Shown: positions 10,670-21,626, counted from the whole stretch's first letter. The stretch is 63,976 nt of DNA, filler included, from a candidate division WOR-3 bacterium (GCA_016934535.1; 4 parts of 4 records of this genome joined end to end with filler, not necessarily neighbours in it); one strand, 5' to 3'. Translations and numbers: made by a program. The notes: generated from the letters alone by a model not told the origin.

Positions 10670-12295
10670 GTGTTAATATACTTTTTGACCCAATTGGTAG
10701 GTCAGAATGGCGGGATTTCCAACATTCCCCTTGTCCTGATACTTCCGATAATAATCCTGTGTTTTTTCCTTTGCATAATCACTTTTTGGCTCGGATACGT
10801 TGTGAGTCTGAAAATTCAAAAAAGCAGGCTTGAAGACGCAAAAACTCAAGCCCGCAAGATAATAGAAGACGCGAGAAGCGAATCCGAATCCTATAAAAAG
10901 ACTGCTAAACTCGAGGTGAGTGAAGAGGCGGCAAAGACGAGAGCGGAACTCGAATCGAAAGAGCGAAAATTTCAGAGAGACATGTATCAGATAGAAAAGC
11001 GGCTCAACGACAGAACCTCTTCTCTCGACAGAAAACAGGAATCAGTAAACGGGAAAGAAAGAGAGCTGGTAAAAAAAGAGAAAGACCTCGTCGTCAAAGA
11101 AAGAGCCCTCATGCTCAAGTCCGAAAAACTCGACAACGAATTGAGAGAGATCAGCAACAGACTTCAGAAGATATCGAGGATGACGGTTCAGGAAGCCAAA
11201 AACGAACTGCTTCAAAGCCTTGAAAATCAGGTCAAAAAAGAATCGGCTCAGATGATAAAAAAGATAGTAGACAACGCCGTCAAGGAAGCGGACAAAGAGG
11301 CGGCTGAAATAGTTGTTTCGGCGATCCAAAGATGCGCGACCGACCACACTGTGGAATCGACGGTTTCAGTCGTTGCTTTGCCTTCGGAGGACATGAAAGG
11401 GAGAATAATTGGAAGAGAGGGAAGAAATATAAGGTCTTTCGAGAACCTAACCGGTGTCGAGATAATAATTGACGACACTCCCGAAGCCATAACACTGTCG
11501 GGTTTTGACCCCGTGAGAAGGGAAATCGCGAGAATAGGCATGGAAAAACTTGTCTCGGACGGCAGAATCAATCCCGGCAGAATCGAGGTCGTGATCGAAA
11601 AAGCAAAAAAAGAAATCGACGAAATAATCCAAAAAACCGCCGAAGAGACAGTGAACGAACTGGGTATATCGGCGTTTCACCCTGAGATAATGAGATATCT
11701 CGGCAGGCTGAGATACAGGACGAGTTACGGACAGAACGTATTACAGCACTCGAAAGAAGTTGCCTATTTGGCCGCTTTAATGGCAGGCGAACTTGGTCTC
11801 GACGCCGCTATAGCGAGAAGAAGCGGCCTTCTTCACGACATTGGAAAAGCGGCAGACCACACTCTGGAAGGAACGCACGCGCTCATTGGAGCCGATCTGG
11901 CAAAAAGGTACAACGAAGACATAATAGTTGTGAATGCTATCGCATCGCATCACGAGGAGGCCGAGCCGGTTTCACCGATAGCGGTTCTTGTTCAGGCGGC
12001 GGATGCCATATCAGGTTCGAGACCCGGCGCGAGAAGAGATACAATTGAAGCCTATCTTGAGAGAGTTGAAAAGTTGGAAGACATCGCCGCAGATATTGAA
12101 GGCGTCGAGAAAGTTTTCGCCCTTCAGGCCGGAAGGGAACTGAGAGTCATTGTCGAACCTTCGAAAATATCTGACGCTGAAGCCATAGTGCTGTCCGGCG
12201 AGGTAGCAGCGAGGATTGAAAAGGAGCTCAAATACCCGGGGCAGATAAAAGTCACGGTAATCAGGGAGATCAGGGCGACGGAATATGCAAAATAG
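10670..12295 (+). CDS. rny: Ribonuclease Y
   Basis: N-terminal TM, coiled coil, KH domain (KGRIIGREGRNIR) and HD domain (LLHDIGK); GTG start after GGGAGG. Confidence 0.96.
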   Translation: MLIYFLTQLVGQNGGISNIPLVLILPIIILCFFLCIITFWLGYVVSLKIQKSRLEDAKTQARKIIEDARSESESYKKTAKLEVSEEAAKTRAELESKERKFQRDMYQIEKRLNDRTSSLDRKQESVNGKERELVKKEKDLVVKERALMLKSEKLDNELREISNRLQKISRMTVQEAKNELLQSLENQVKKESAQMIKKIVDNAVKEADKEAAEIVVSAIQRCATDHTVESTVSVVALPSEDMKGRIIGREGRNIRSFENLTGVEIIIDDTPEAITLSGFDPVRREIARIGMEKLVSDGRINPGRIEVVIEKAKKEIDEIIQKTAEETVNELGISAFHPEIMRYLGRLRYRTSYGQNVLQHSKEVAYLAALMAGELGLDAAIARRSGLLHDIGKAADHTLEGTHALIGADLAKRYNEDIIVVNAIASHHEEAEPVSPIAVLVQAADAISGSRPGARRDTIEAYLERVEKLEDIAADIEGVEKVFALQAGRELRVIVEPSKISDAEAIVLSGEVAARIEKELKYPGQIKVTVIREIRATEYAK

Positions 12296-13115
12296 AGTCA
12301 ACTTCGTCTTTCTGGGAGACATAATAGGAAAACCGGGAAGACAGATATGCAAAGTCTGTCTTCCTGAGATTTTTAACGAGTACTCGCCGGACGCCGTCAT
12401 AGCGAACGGAGAGAATCTGGCTTCGGGATTCGGAATATCGAGAAGGGTTTCGGAGGAGCTTTTCGAAGCCGGAGTTTCGGTTTTCACAGGAGGGAATCAT
12501 TCTCTTCACGTGGTCGGTTCGGAGGATTGGTTCGAGAAGGAGCGCAGAGTTGTCATACCCGCAAATTTCACCAAATTCATAAGAGGATCCCGCCTTGCAG
12601 AAATCGAGACGGAAAATTCCTGCATATACATCGCTTGCCTCGTAGGCAGGCTTTTCATGAATCAAAGCGACAATCCGTTTACTGTTGCCGACGCTCTTCT
12701 GGAAGAGATCGCGAGAAAAAAGAAGGTGGAAAATCCGGTTATACTAGTCGATTTTCACGCCGAAGCGACATCGGAAAAAAAGGCGCTTCTTTTCAATCTC
12801 GACGGCAAGGTCACTGCTCTCCTGGGCACGCACACTCACGTAGCGACTTCTGACGAATTTGTGTCAGAAAAAGGAACGGCTTACATAACTGATGCCGGAA
12901 TGGCGGGAGCATTCGACTCAGTGATCGGAATGAATCCCGGCGATTCACTTGAAACGATGAAAACAGGAAGAAAATTGAGGCTCAAACCGGCTTTCGGCTC
13001 GAAAAGGAGGCTCGACGGTGTTTTTGTTTCGGCTGATGCGGAAACCGGCAAGGCTTTGGAAATAAGACGCTTCACTAAATTCGCCGAGTTTCCCAGCATA
13101 AGGAACGGAGTTTGA
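12285..13115 (+). CDS. ymdB: YmdB-family metallophosphoesterase
   Basis: GDIIGKPGR, NGEN, GNH, DFHAEATSEK and GTHTHV; follows rny. Confidence 0.92.
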   Translation: MQNRVNFVFLGDIIGKPGRQICKVCLPEIFNEYSPDAVIANGENLASGFGISRRVSEELFEAGVSVFTGGNHSLHVVGSEDWFEKERRVVIPANFTKFIRGSRLAEIETENSCIYIACLVGRLFMNQSDNPFTVADALLEEIARKKKVENPVILVDFHAEATSEKKALLFNLDGKVTALLGTHTHVATSDEFVSEKGTAYITDAGMAGAFDSVIGMNPGDSLETMKTGRKLRLKPAFGSKRRLDGVFVSADAETGKALEIRRFTKFAEFPSIRNGV

Positions 13116-13117
13116 CG

Positions 13118-13984
13118 ATGGATACAAAAATACTTCAGGGAAAACCGGTTGCAGACAGAATTTATGCTGAAATAAGCGAAACTGTCGCAAACATGGATGA
13201 AAAACCGAAACTTGTAGTCTTTTTTGTCGGCGAAGATCCCGCTTCAAAATCTTACGTTAGCTCAAAAGCCAGGGCGGCAAAAAAAACGGGTATAATCGAA
13301 ACAACTTTGACTTTACCCGAATGCACGAAGGAAAATGAGCTCGTGCACATGATTAAAAAATACGCGGAAGAGGAAAATCCCGACGGTATTCTGGTCCAAT
13401 TCCCTCTTCCCGGGCACATAGATCCTGAAAAAATTATATTGGCTGTTCCACCTGAAAAAGACGTCGACGGACTGCATCCTCAGAATCTCGGAGCACTGTT
13501 GAGAGGAACTTCCGGTCATTATTGCTGTACTCCGGCAGGAATAATAGCTTTGATGGATTATTACGGCCTCAGAGTAAAAGGAAAGAGCACTGTAGTCTTG
13601 GGCAGAAGCCTGATAGTCGGAAAACCGTTGGCCAATCTTCTTCTCGCAAAAGGCACTGATGCGACAGTCACTGTATGCCACAGCGCGACATCTGATCTGA
13701 GAGAATACACTGAAAACGCCGATTACGTCGTATCGGCAATCGGAAAAGCGAATTTTTTAAAAAAAGATATGATTAAAGAAGGCTGTTGTATCATAGACGT
13801 CGGCGTAAACAGAGTCGAATCAGATTCGTCGGCAAAAGGATATTCGATACGCGGAGACGCCGATTTTGAGAGCATGATCGGATACGCAGGCGCCATAACA
13901 CCGGTTCCGGGCGGAGTCGGCTTGATGACCGTTGCAATGCTTATGAAAAACACGGTCAATTCAGCTCTTTTCAACAGGAAATAG
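13118..13984 (+). CDS. folD: Methylenetetrahydrofolate dehydrogenase/cyclohydrolase
   Basis: GILVQFPLP, KDVDGLHP, GRSLIVGKP and TPVPGGVG. Confidence 0.96.
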   Translation: MDTKILQGKPVADRIYAEISETVANMDEKPKLVVFFVGEDPASKSYVSSKARAAKKTGIIETTLTLPECTKENELVHMIKKYAEEENPDGILVQFPLPGHIDPEKIILAVPPEKDVDGLHPQNLGALLRGTSGHYCCTPAGIIALMDYYGLRVKGKSTVVLGRSLIVGKPLANLLLAKGTDATVTVCHSATSDLREYTENADYVVSAIGKANFLKKDMIKEGCCIIDVGVNRVESDSSAKGYSIRGDADFESMIGYAGAITPVPGGVGLMTVAMLMKNTVNSALFNRK

Positions 13985-13993
13985 TCGTCCGCC

Positions 13994-15316
13994 ATGGAAA
14001 TATTTTCTGTTTCCCAGATAAACAATCTGGCGAAAAAAACGCTCGAAATGCAGTTTTCCGGTATTGCGGTGAAAGGAGAGGTTTCAAAAACCACTCTCCA
14101 CTCGAGCGGACATTTTTATCTGACATTAAAGGACGAATACGCGGCTCTTGACGCTGTAATATACAAAGGAAGTCTGAGAAGACTTTCATTGACGCCCTCT
14201 GTCGGAGAAACCTGGATATGTCAGGGAAGGCTCTCTCTCTGGGAAAAGACGGGCAGATTTATTTTTGTAATTGAGACGGCTTATCCGTCGGGCAAAGGCG
14301 ATCTTTACCTGAAATTCATACTGCTTAAGGAAAAACTGGAAAAGGAAGGTCTATTTGACTCTTCAAGAAAAAAAAGACTGCCAGAGTATCCCGAAAAAGT
14401 GGGTATCGTGACATCTCCGACAGGAGCTGTCATAAGGGATTTTGTAAACATATACAGAAGGCGTTATCCCGTCGCCGAGATCATTTTGTCGCCTTCTTCT
14501 GTTCAGGGTGAAAATGCTTCTTCCGAACTTATAAAAGCCGTGAAAAGATTGTTGAAAACCCGAGTCCAGCTCATAGTTATCGCAAGAGGCGGAGGTTCAC
14601 CGGAAGATCTCGCCGCTTTCAACGATGAAGATTTGGCTCGCGTCATAGCCGCGTCGCCGGTACCTGTAGTGTCGGCTGTCGGGCACGAAACCGACAGAAG
14701 CATTTCAGACCTTGCCGCCGATGTTGCAGCTCCCACACCGTCTGCGGCGGCAGAGCTTGTGTTTCCGGATAGAAAAGACATACTCGAGGTGATCGGCTAT
14801 TCCGAAAGAAACCTAAAAGTTAAAATGTCTGAAAAGACGAGGTATTTTAAAGTTTCGCTGTCGTCATACGCAGGTTCATATTCTTTGAATTCCGTAAAAA
14901 GCAAGATCAACGAATATTCGGCATTGCTGGGATACAGGAAAGACAACGCAGTAAAATCGATGAATTCAGTTCTGACGCGCAAAAAAAACGAACTCGAAAA
15001 CAGCCGCCGGAAAATAGACGTAAGAAGACTCAAAGAAAACTTGGCTCTGAAAGAAGAAAATCTGGGTTACAGGTACGCTGAAATTGACCGCAGAATCAAA
15101 AACCGTACGGCGAATGCAATGGAAATCCTGAATTTGGCCGAAAAAAAGATTTTTGCACTCTCTCCGTATGTTGGCCTGAAAAAAGGGTACGCAATGATTT
15201 ATGATTCAGAAGGCAATCTCGTTCCGAGCGGGGACAGAGTGAACAGAGACGAATCATACGATGTAAAATTTGTTGATAAAACCTGGCAGATGAAAGCAGA
15301 AAAGGAGAAACAATGA
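13994..15316 (+). CDS. xseA: Exodeoxyribonuclease VII large subunit
   Basis: SGHFYLTLKD, ARGGGS, SAVGHETD and TPSAAAE. Confidence 0.95.
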   Translation: MEIFSVSQINNLAKKTLEMQFSGIAVKGEVSKTTLHSSGHFYLTLKDEYAALDAVIYKGSLRRLSLTPSVGETWICQGRLSLWEKTGRFIFVIETAYPSGKGDLYLKFILLKEKLEKEGLFDSSRKKRLPEYPEKVGIVTSPTGAVIRDFVNIYRRRYPVAEIILSPSSVQGENASSELIKAVKRLLKTRVQLIVIARGGGSPEDLAAFNDEDLARVIAASPVPVVSAVGHETDRSISDLAADVAAPTPSAAAELVFPDRKDILEVIGYSERNLKVKMSEKTRYFKVSLSSYAGSYSLNSVKSKINEYSALLGYRKDNAVKSMNSVLTRKKNELENSRRKIDVRRLKENLALKEENLGYRYAEIDRRIKNRTANAMEILNLAEKKIFALSPYVGLKKGYAMIYDSEGNLVPSGDRVNRDESYDVKFVDKTWQMKAEKEKQ

Positions 15317-17706
15317 TCGGCGCCTTTTTATTTTCAATTCTAGTGACGGCAAAAAGCCCGGAGATAATAGTGTCGGCCGACACTTCTTTTGGTCTGACTT
15401 TCTCCGAGGGCAGGGCTTCTTTCAAGGTTTTCGAAGACAGATACATAGACCTTGAAATTTCAATCGATCCGCCGGTGGCTTTCGTCGTTTACGACGAAGA
15501 AGGAAACATTCTGGCGAAAAGCTCGAACGGCGAAGCCGTTCTAAACACTTTTTTCAATTACTGGTTCAGCGTAAAGTTTTCAGGTGTGTCTTCGAACTCT
15601 GTTTCTGTTGATGTCAGAGCCGCAAGAGACTATAGGCAGATATCGGCCATTCCTCATACGGGCAGACTGGAGGCTGAAAAACCTTCGGAAGTTTTCACTT
15701 TCACGCCTTCTGTTTCCGGTGTTTATGAGTTCTCAGTATCTTCCGAAGACCGCGGAGGGGACCTGGACCTGAAAATATACACCGCTGACGACGAATACAT
15801 TTCAGGGAGTTTCTCTGACGGCAACGATGAAAGAGTGAGAGTCCCGATATTCGCGGGCGACGTCGTCAGAGCGATAGTCTATCTGAACGACATCTCGAAA
15901 TCAGTGAATTTTGCCGTTTATGCAGCCAGAAAAGACGACTTGCGTGAGTTACAGTCCGGCAGGACTCTGAGCGGGACAGTTGGAGAAAATTCAATGCAGA
16001 ATTTGTATCTGGTTCCTTCTACGGGATCAAGACCGGTTCTTATCTATCTGGATGCTAATTCAAACACAGATGCGGATCTCGATCTTTATGCAAGCTTCGG
16101 CGGGGAAACTTACAAATCAGTCAGTTACACTTCGAGGGAAATGATACTTCTTCCTCCTGAAGCCGGAGAAGTTCAAGTCACGGTAAAAGGTTATAATTTA
16201 AGCGGTTCTGATGTAAGATATTCGCTCATCGCCCAGGAGGTCGCTACTTTTCTCCCGCATTCCTCTCCCGTCCTGACAAAACGGATAGAACCTGACAAGC
16301 CTTACATATTTGGTGTGACGTCTGGTGAAGAGGGATTTTATTACTTTGGAGCATTGTCTGCTGAGAAGAGAGACATAGACATGATGGTTTTCGACCGTTA
16401 CGGTTCAACAGAATTGAAACTCAACACACTCAATCCTTCTGAAATCACCGCTATATGGCTCGGCAGAAGAGACACTGTGTATCTTCTGCCGATTCTTTAC
16501 GACAGGCCTTCCGAGATCGAGGTTTCGTTTGGCGCAGTTGACTTAGACACCATAGAGACCATATATTCGGGGGATCACATAAACGGCACAGTCAGACCGC
16601 CTTTCCAGGGAGTGAAGTTTTACAGTCTTCAGTTTCCAGGCTCAGGAACGGCGGCTGTTACCGTCAGAGGAGAGAGCACCAGGGACAGAGACGTGGATCT
16701 TTTCGTCAGCGGGAGGAGTTTTTACAGACGCTCGGAAGGTTCGGAAAATCCGACCGACATGGCTTCCGACGAAACCGTCCTGTTCGGTGTTGAACCAGGA
16801 GAATATTATCTTGCTCAGGTATACGCCTACGGGCGGGGAGACAGGTGCAGATACGACATCAGCACCAGATTGATAGAAGATTATAATTTGACTGCTGAAA
16901 ACTCTCCCGGCACTGTCCGGGCACTAATTATAGGAATCAGCGGTTATCCCGGGGAAGGATCTCTCAACAGAGCCACTCAGGACGCTCTCGAATTTTACGA
17001 TTTACTTGTCCTCAACGGCATTATAGCGCCTGAAAACACTGTTTTTCTTGCCGATGAAAACGCGACAAGACGGAACATTCTCGATGCCCTCGCGAAAATT
17101 TCGAGAGTATCTGTGCCAGGCGACAAATTCGTTTTTTTCTTCAGCGGCCACGGTGACAGAAAAAGATTTTCCAGGGGGACTCTCGAACAGGACGGGTACG
17201 ATGAGAGCATATGCCCATACAGCCTGACTGACGAGAACGGCGACATCTTCGACGATGAATTGAGCGCAGCTATACCTGATCATATTGAAAGCTATGTATT
17301 TTTAGACGCTTGCCATTCCGGCGGGTTCGTGTCAGATTTGACCGGGACGGGCAGACGTCTCATAATTACAGCTTCGGAAGAAGACAGGGAAGTCGGAGAA
17401 AGAGTTTTAACTCCTCTCATTCTGAGAGCTTTCAGAGGTGAAGCAGACAAAAACGGCGATTCCTGGCTGAGCGCGAAAGAAATAATTGACTTCGTCAGAG
17501 ATCGTTCAAGACGAATTTGTCCGGAGTGTCTTCATGAATTTACCGGAAGCGTGCCGAGAACATGTCCGGATTGCGGTGTCAGCCTGACGGACGAGAACAG
17601 ACCGATGAATCCCGATCTTGGAGTGAATTTCGACGAAGATACAAGACTATTTGAGCTGAAACCGGTTTACAACGAATCACAGGACGGAGAAAAGGATAAG
17701 AGATGA
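15313..17706 (+). CDS. Secreted caspase-family (peptidase C14) protein with N-terminal PPC-like beta-sandwich repeats
   Basis: Four D-x-D-L/M repeats (GDLDLKIY, DADLDLYA, DIDMMVF, DVDLFV); catalytic FFFSGHG and FLDACHSGG; CPEC/CPDC ribbon near the C-terminus. Confidence 0.85.
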   Translation: MIGAFLFSILVTAKSPEIIVSADTSFGLTFSEGRASFKVFEDRYIDLEISIDPPVAFVVYDEEGNILAKSSNGEAVLNTFFNYWFSVKFSGVSSNSVSVDVRAARDYRQISAIPHTGRLEAEKPSEVFTFTPSVSGVYEFSVSSEDRGGDLDLKIYTADDEYISGSFSDGNDERVRVPIFAGDVVRAIVYLNDISKSVNFAVYAARKDDLRELQSGRTLSGTVGENSMQNLYLVPSTGSRPVLIYLDANSNTDADLDLYASFGGETYKSVSYTSREMILLPPEAGEVQVTVKGYNLSGSDVRYSLIAQEVATFLPHSSPVLTKRIEPDKPYIFGVTSGEEGFYYFGALSAEKRDIDMMVFDRYGSTELKLNTLNPSEITAIWLGRRDTVYLLPILYDRPSEIEVSFGAVDLDTIETIYSGDHINGTVRPPFQGVKFYSLQFPGSGTAAVTVRGESTRDRDVDLFVSGRSFYRRSEGSENPTDMASDETVLFGVEPGEYYLAQVYAYGRGDRCRYDISTRLIEDYNLTAENSPGTVRALIIGISGYPGEGSLNRATQDALEFYDLLVLNGIIAPENTVFLADENATRRNILDALAKISRVSVPGDKFVFFFSGHGDRKRFSRGTLEQDGYDESICPYSLTDENGDIFDDELSAAIPDHIESYVFLDACHSGGFVSDLTGTGRRLIITASEEDREVGERVLTPLILRAFRGEADKNGDSWLSAKEIIDFVRDRSRRICPECLHEFTGSVPRTCPDCGVSLTDENRPMNPDLGVNFDEDTRLFELKPVYNESQDGEKDKR

Positions 17707-19487
17707 ACATTGAAGATCTGAGAAAAGCTTACATAGAATACTTTAAACTTCACGGTCACGCCCACGTTGCGGGCGGGTCGCTTATACCCGAAAACGATCC
17801 GACGGTGCTTTTCACGACTGCAGGAATGCATCCTCTGGTTCCTTATCTGATGGGTGAAAAACATCCTTCAGGCAAAAAACTCTGTAATTGGCAGAAATGC
17901 ATTAGAACCGGAGATATTGACGAAGTGGGTGACACTCAGCATCTGACATTTTTTGAAATGCTCGGCAATTGGTCCCTCGGAGATTATTTTAAAGAAGAAG
18001 CTGTCCGGATGAGTTGGGAATTTCTCACTTCGAAAAACTGGCTGGGTCTCAACCCCGAAAGACTATTTTTTACAGTTTTTGAAGGCGACGAAGTGTCTCC
18101 GCGCGACGATGAAACAGCAGAGATTTGGAAAAAAAGCGGAGTAAAAAAAGAACGCATTTTATTCCTGCCCAAAAAAGACAACTGGTGGGGTCCCGCCGGA
18201 AAGACAGGGCCTTGCGGTCCGGACACTGAGATGTTTTACGACACTCTTATGCCGCGATGTTCTGAAAAGTGCGCACCAGGCTGTCCTTGCGGAAAATACG
18301 TTGAAATCTGGAACGACGTGTTCATGCAGTATAATAAAGTCAGCGAAGACAGATACGAACAGCTCAAAGTGAAAAACGTAGACACGGGAATGGGTCTCGA
18401 AAGGACAGCGGCTGTGTTAAACGGGTTTTCGACAGTTTACGAAACAGAAAAATATTCGTCTATCCTAAACGAACTCGAAAAAGCGAGCGGAAGAAAATAT
18501 GAGCACAGCGACACAGACACAAAAGCTATGAGGATCATCGCCGATCACATGAGATCTGCTTTCTTCATAATAGGAGACGACCTGGGTGTGAAACCGTCAA
18601 ACCTCGATCAGGGGTACATCGTACGGAGGCTGATCAGGAGGGCGATGAGGTATGCGATTGCGATAGGCATAGAAAAAAGTCTCGGCGATACCCTCGCCGA
18701 AAAAATAATTGAGACTAACCCGGTGTACGACGAACTCGAAAAAAGAAAAGAATTTATTGTCGAAGCTATCGTCGAAGAAGAGCAGAGATTCAGGCATTGT
18801 CTCAGCAAAGGCATGACTGAGTTTTCGAGAATAATCCCCAACATCGAAAAGAGCGAAAAGAAGACGATCCCCGGAAGGATAGCTTTTAAGCTTTATGACA
18901 CTTACGGTTTTCCGCTCGAGATGACGGAGGAACTGGCGGGTGAAAAAGGGCTTAAAGTCGATGTCGATGGATTTCGAGAAGCTTTTAAGAAACATCAGGA
19001 GCTTTCGAGGACTGGAAGCGAAGTCAGGTTCAAAGGAGGGCTTGCCGACGCCAGCGAACAGACAAAGAAGCTTCACACGGCGACTCATTTACTGCACGAA
19101 GCGCTGAGGAGAATTTTGGGAGATCATGTCGCACAGAAAGGATCGAACATAACTCCCGAGAGATTGAGGTTCGATTTCTCGCACCCAAAACCGATGACGG
19201 AAGAGGAGATAAAAGAAGTCGAAAGACTCGTAAACAAAGCCATTGGCGAAGATCATCCCGTCATAGAAGAATTGATGAGCGTTGAAGAAGCGAAAGCCAA
19301 GGGAGCCGTCGCACTTTTTACAGATAAATATTCGGAAAAAGTCAAAGTTTACACTATAGGGGGATTTTCGAAAGAAGTTTGCGGAGGTCCTCACGTCGGG
19401 AAGACGAGCGAACTCGGCAAATTCAAGATACTCAAAGAGCAGTCTTCTTCTTCGGGAGTGAGGAGGATCAAAGCCATTCTTGAATGA
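17703..19487 (+). CDS. alaS: Alanine--tRNA ligase (short form lacking C-Ala domain)
   Basis: LFTTAGM, FFEMLGNWS, DTGMGLER, editing-domain HTATHLLH and CGGPHV; ends at SGVRRIKA. Confidence 0.96.
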   Translation: MNIEDLRKAYIEYFKLHGHAHVAGGSLIPENDPTVLFTTAGMHPLVPYLMGEKHPSGKKLCNWQKCIRTGDIDEVGDTQHLTFFEMLGNWSLGDYFKEEAVRMSWEFLTSKNWLGLNPERLFFTVFEGDEVSPRDDETAEIWKKSGVKKERILFLPKKDNWWGPAGKTGPCGPDTEMFYDTLMPRCSEKCAPGCPCGKYVEIWNDVFMQYNKVSEDRYEQLKVKNVDTGMGLERTAAVLNGFSTVYETEKYSSILNELEKASGRKYEHSDTDTKAMRIIADHMRSAFFIIGDDLGVKPSNLDQGYIVRRLIRRAMRYAIAIGIEKSLGDTLAEKIIETNPVYDELEKRKEFIVEAIVEEEQRFRHCLSKGMTEFSRIIPNIEKSEKKTIPGRIAFKLYDTYGFPLEMTEELAGEKGLKVDVDGFREAFKKHQELSRTGSEVRFKGGLADASEQTKKLHTATHLLHEALRRILGDHVAQKGSNITPERLRFDFSHPKPMTEEEIKEVERLVNKAIGEDHPVIEELMSVEEAKAKGAVALFTDKYSEKVKVYTIGGFSKEVCGGPHVGKTSELGKFKILKEQSSSSGVRRIKAILE

Positions 19488-19658
19488 AACACTCGGTTCA
19501 GAACTCTTTTATTTATTAATGATGAAAATTGACACCACCAGAAATATCGAACGGTTCCAATTATTGTCCGATGTCCAAAAAACCAACCGGAAAATCACTT
19601 TATTGAGACTTTAAACAGATTCTGTTTCGATTTAAAAAGTCATTTTATTGCGAATATT

Positions 19659-20404
19659 TCACAGTCCGAGTGAATCCATTTTTTCCTTTTCGTATTCTCC
19701 GTCTTCACCGGGATATCTGAGTATGTTTTCGAATTTTCCTGATTCTTTTGCAATTGCCCAGACAATACTCTCTCCAAGAGGTATAATTTCGGGTCTTTTA
19801 ACATATATTGGATCATTGTATGCTTCCTGAGGCGGTATTATCTCCCAGCCCGAAGACACAAAATGATTTATCAGATCATCGAGAAAAAGTGCCGACACCA
19901 GGTTGTGGTGAAGCAGGATCACGTGGGATATTCTTCTCCCTGTCAATTCGTATGCTAAATCATCGTAAAAAACGGCTCTTTCATTGATGTGAGAGATATA
20001 AAAATCTCTGTAAGGTGTGAGATCGGTTTCAGCATTTTCTTCGAGTTTTTCTTTTAGCCTTTCGTCTATATACCATTCCGAATTGTCTATTGAAACATGA
20101 CCGATTACGTAGCCCGCGCTGTCAAAAAAGTTATAGACGGCATCGATTTTTTCTCTCGTTTCCCCTTGTTTTAGGAAAGGAAATCTGAACAGCTTTACGT
20201 AGTTCTCGTAATTTTTTATCACTGAATCTCCTCTGACGATGTCTCCAATAAACATTTCAGGAGTGAGTCTTGAAGAATTGTAGTAAAAATGAGAATACGA
20301 ATGATTGGCTATTAAGTGTCCGTCCGAGTTCCAGTTTGTTCAACGGCCATTTGACTCACCGATGTTAAAAGCATAGCTATTAGAAAAAAAAGCGTATTTG
20401 TCAT
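19659..20404 (-). pseudogene. Polysaccharide deacetylase (NodB-like), internally deleted and frameshifted
   Basis: The frame upstream of the 198-aa ORF reads WNSDGHLIANHSYSH, followed by FRFPFL and ILLHH; the signal-peptide start at 20404 (after AGGAG) is in another frame; no TFDD motif. Confidence 0.7.
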
Positions 20405-20507
20405 TATGTCTTGTACTCCTATATTTTTTGATCAGGCGGTTCTGGAAAAATTCATTTCCTGTGATTTGATATGCGAATAAAATGATAACCGGTCTTTGAT
20501 TTGGCTG

Positions 20508-21626
20508 TCATCGGAACTTTTTCAGTGCGCCGGAAGCGACAAGCGTATTACCTGCCATAATTTTATATATATAAATTCCCGACGGAAGGTCTCTGCCTGA
20601 AAAATCTTCACCTGACCAAGTTACTGAGTAACTGCCTGCCTCGAAATTACCTCTCAAAAGATTTAAAATTTTTCTGCCGGAAATATCCGAGACATAAACT
20701 TCTATCCATTCGCTTTTCGAGGTTTTGAAAGATATATCTACGCGGGAGGTGAAAGGATTCGGGCGCGCGTTAAATTCGCTGATGAAAGACGGGATTTCGA
20801 TACTTTCTTCGACTCCTGTTGTCCAACCGGCAAGAACGGCAAACATATACCAGACCGCCATTCCCTTGTGAAGGCAGTTTTCGTAAGCGGTGTGTGAGCC
20901 GTTGTAATCGCCGTAATAAGCAGGGTGTTCGGCTGGTATGTATTGACCGTTGTGATAATAGGTGTGCTGTTCCCACTGGTCGGTGGTGTCGTTATACCAC
21001 CAACAGTCCATGTCGGCGAAGTCGAAAAGTATCTTGCCGTTGTTCAGGCAATATTGTCTTATCTGGTTGTTTCTCTGATGCCTTATATAGCCGTCATCTC
21101 CGGTCGCCTGGGCGTTTCCTGTCATATAAATGAAAATGACGTTCGAATACTGCTGGTCGAGTCTGTTGACGGAGTCGAGATAGGTCTGTACGGAATCGGA
21201 CGTGTAATGATCGCACTGACAGCACCAGGCCCAGGCGGAATAATTCAGATTTGAATTGGCGTTGAGAACAGCTCTCGTCTCGTTCATTCCGTCTGTCGTC
21301 TGCCAGTACATTTCCGGAGTCACGTAATCGTCATATCTCTGACCGTCGTGTATGCAGAAAGAACCGGGGGAATTCGGCAATTCACACCAGCCGATGTCCA
21401 CACCGAATGCGGAATTAATTATCTCGAGTTCTTCCAATCCTGTGGTCAGCTGGCTTCCGTGTGAAGTGTGCGCGTAGTGCCATTTAAAGTTGGTTTTTAC
21501 GTAGGTAACCCATTGAGAAGGAATGTTGTCAACTCTCATACAGGTGTGGTCTATAACGATCTGAGTGAATGCGTTGTGAAACAAAAAGAAGAGGACTGCC
21601 GAAAAAACAGAAAGTTTTGTTTTCAT
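20508..21626 (-). CDS. Secreted protein with T9SS type A/FlgD-like C-terminal domain
   Basis: Signal peptide MKTKLSVF; YAHTSHGSQL and LFDFADMD core; C-terminal PNPF...DISGR...WSG.D.SG..LPSGIY. Confidence 0.85.
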   Translation of the reverse strand: MKTKLSVFSAVLFFLFHNAFTQIVIDHTCMRVDNIPSQWVTYVKTNFKWHYAHTSHGSQLTTGLEELEIINSAFGVDIGWCELPNSPGSFCIHDGQRYDDYVTPEMYWQTTDGMNETRAVLNANSNLNYSAWAWCCQCDHYTSDSVQTYLDSVNRLDQQYSNVIFIYMTGNAQATGDDGYIRHQRNNQIRQYCLNNGKILFDFADMDCWWYNDTTDQWEQHTYYHNGQYIPAEHPAYYGDYNGSHTAYENCLHKGMAVWYMFAVLAGWTTGVEESIEIPSFISEFNARPNPFTSRVDISFKTSKSEWIEVYVSDISGRKILNLLRGNFEAGSYSVTWSGEDFSGRDLPSGIYIYKIMAGNTLVASGALKKFR

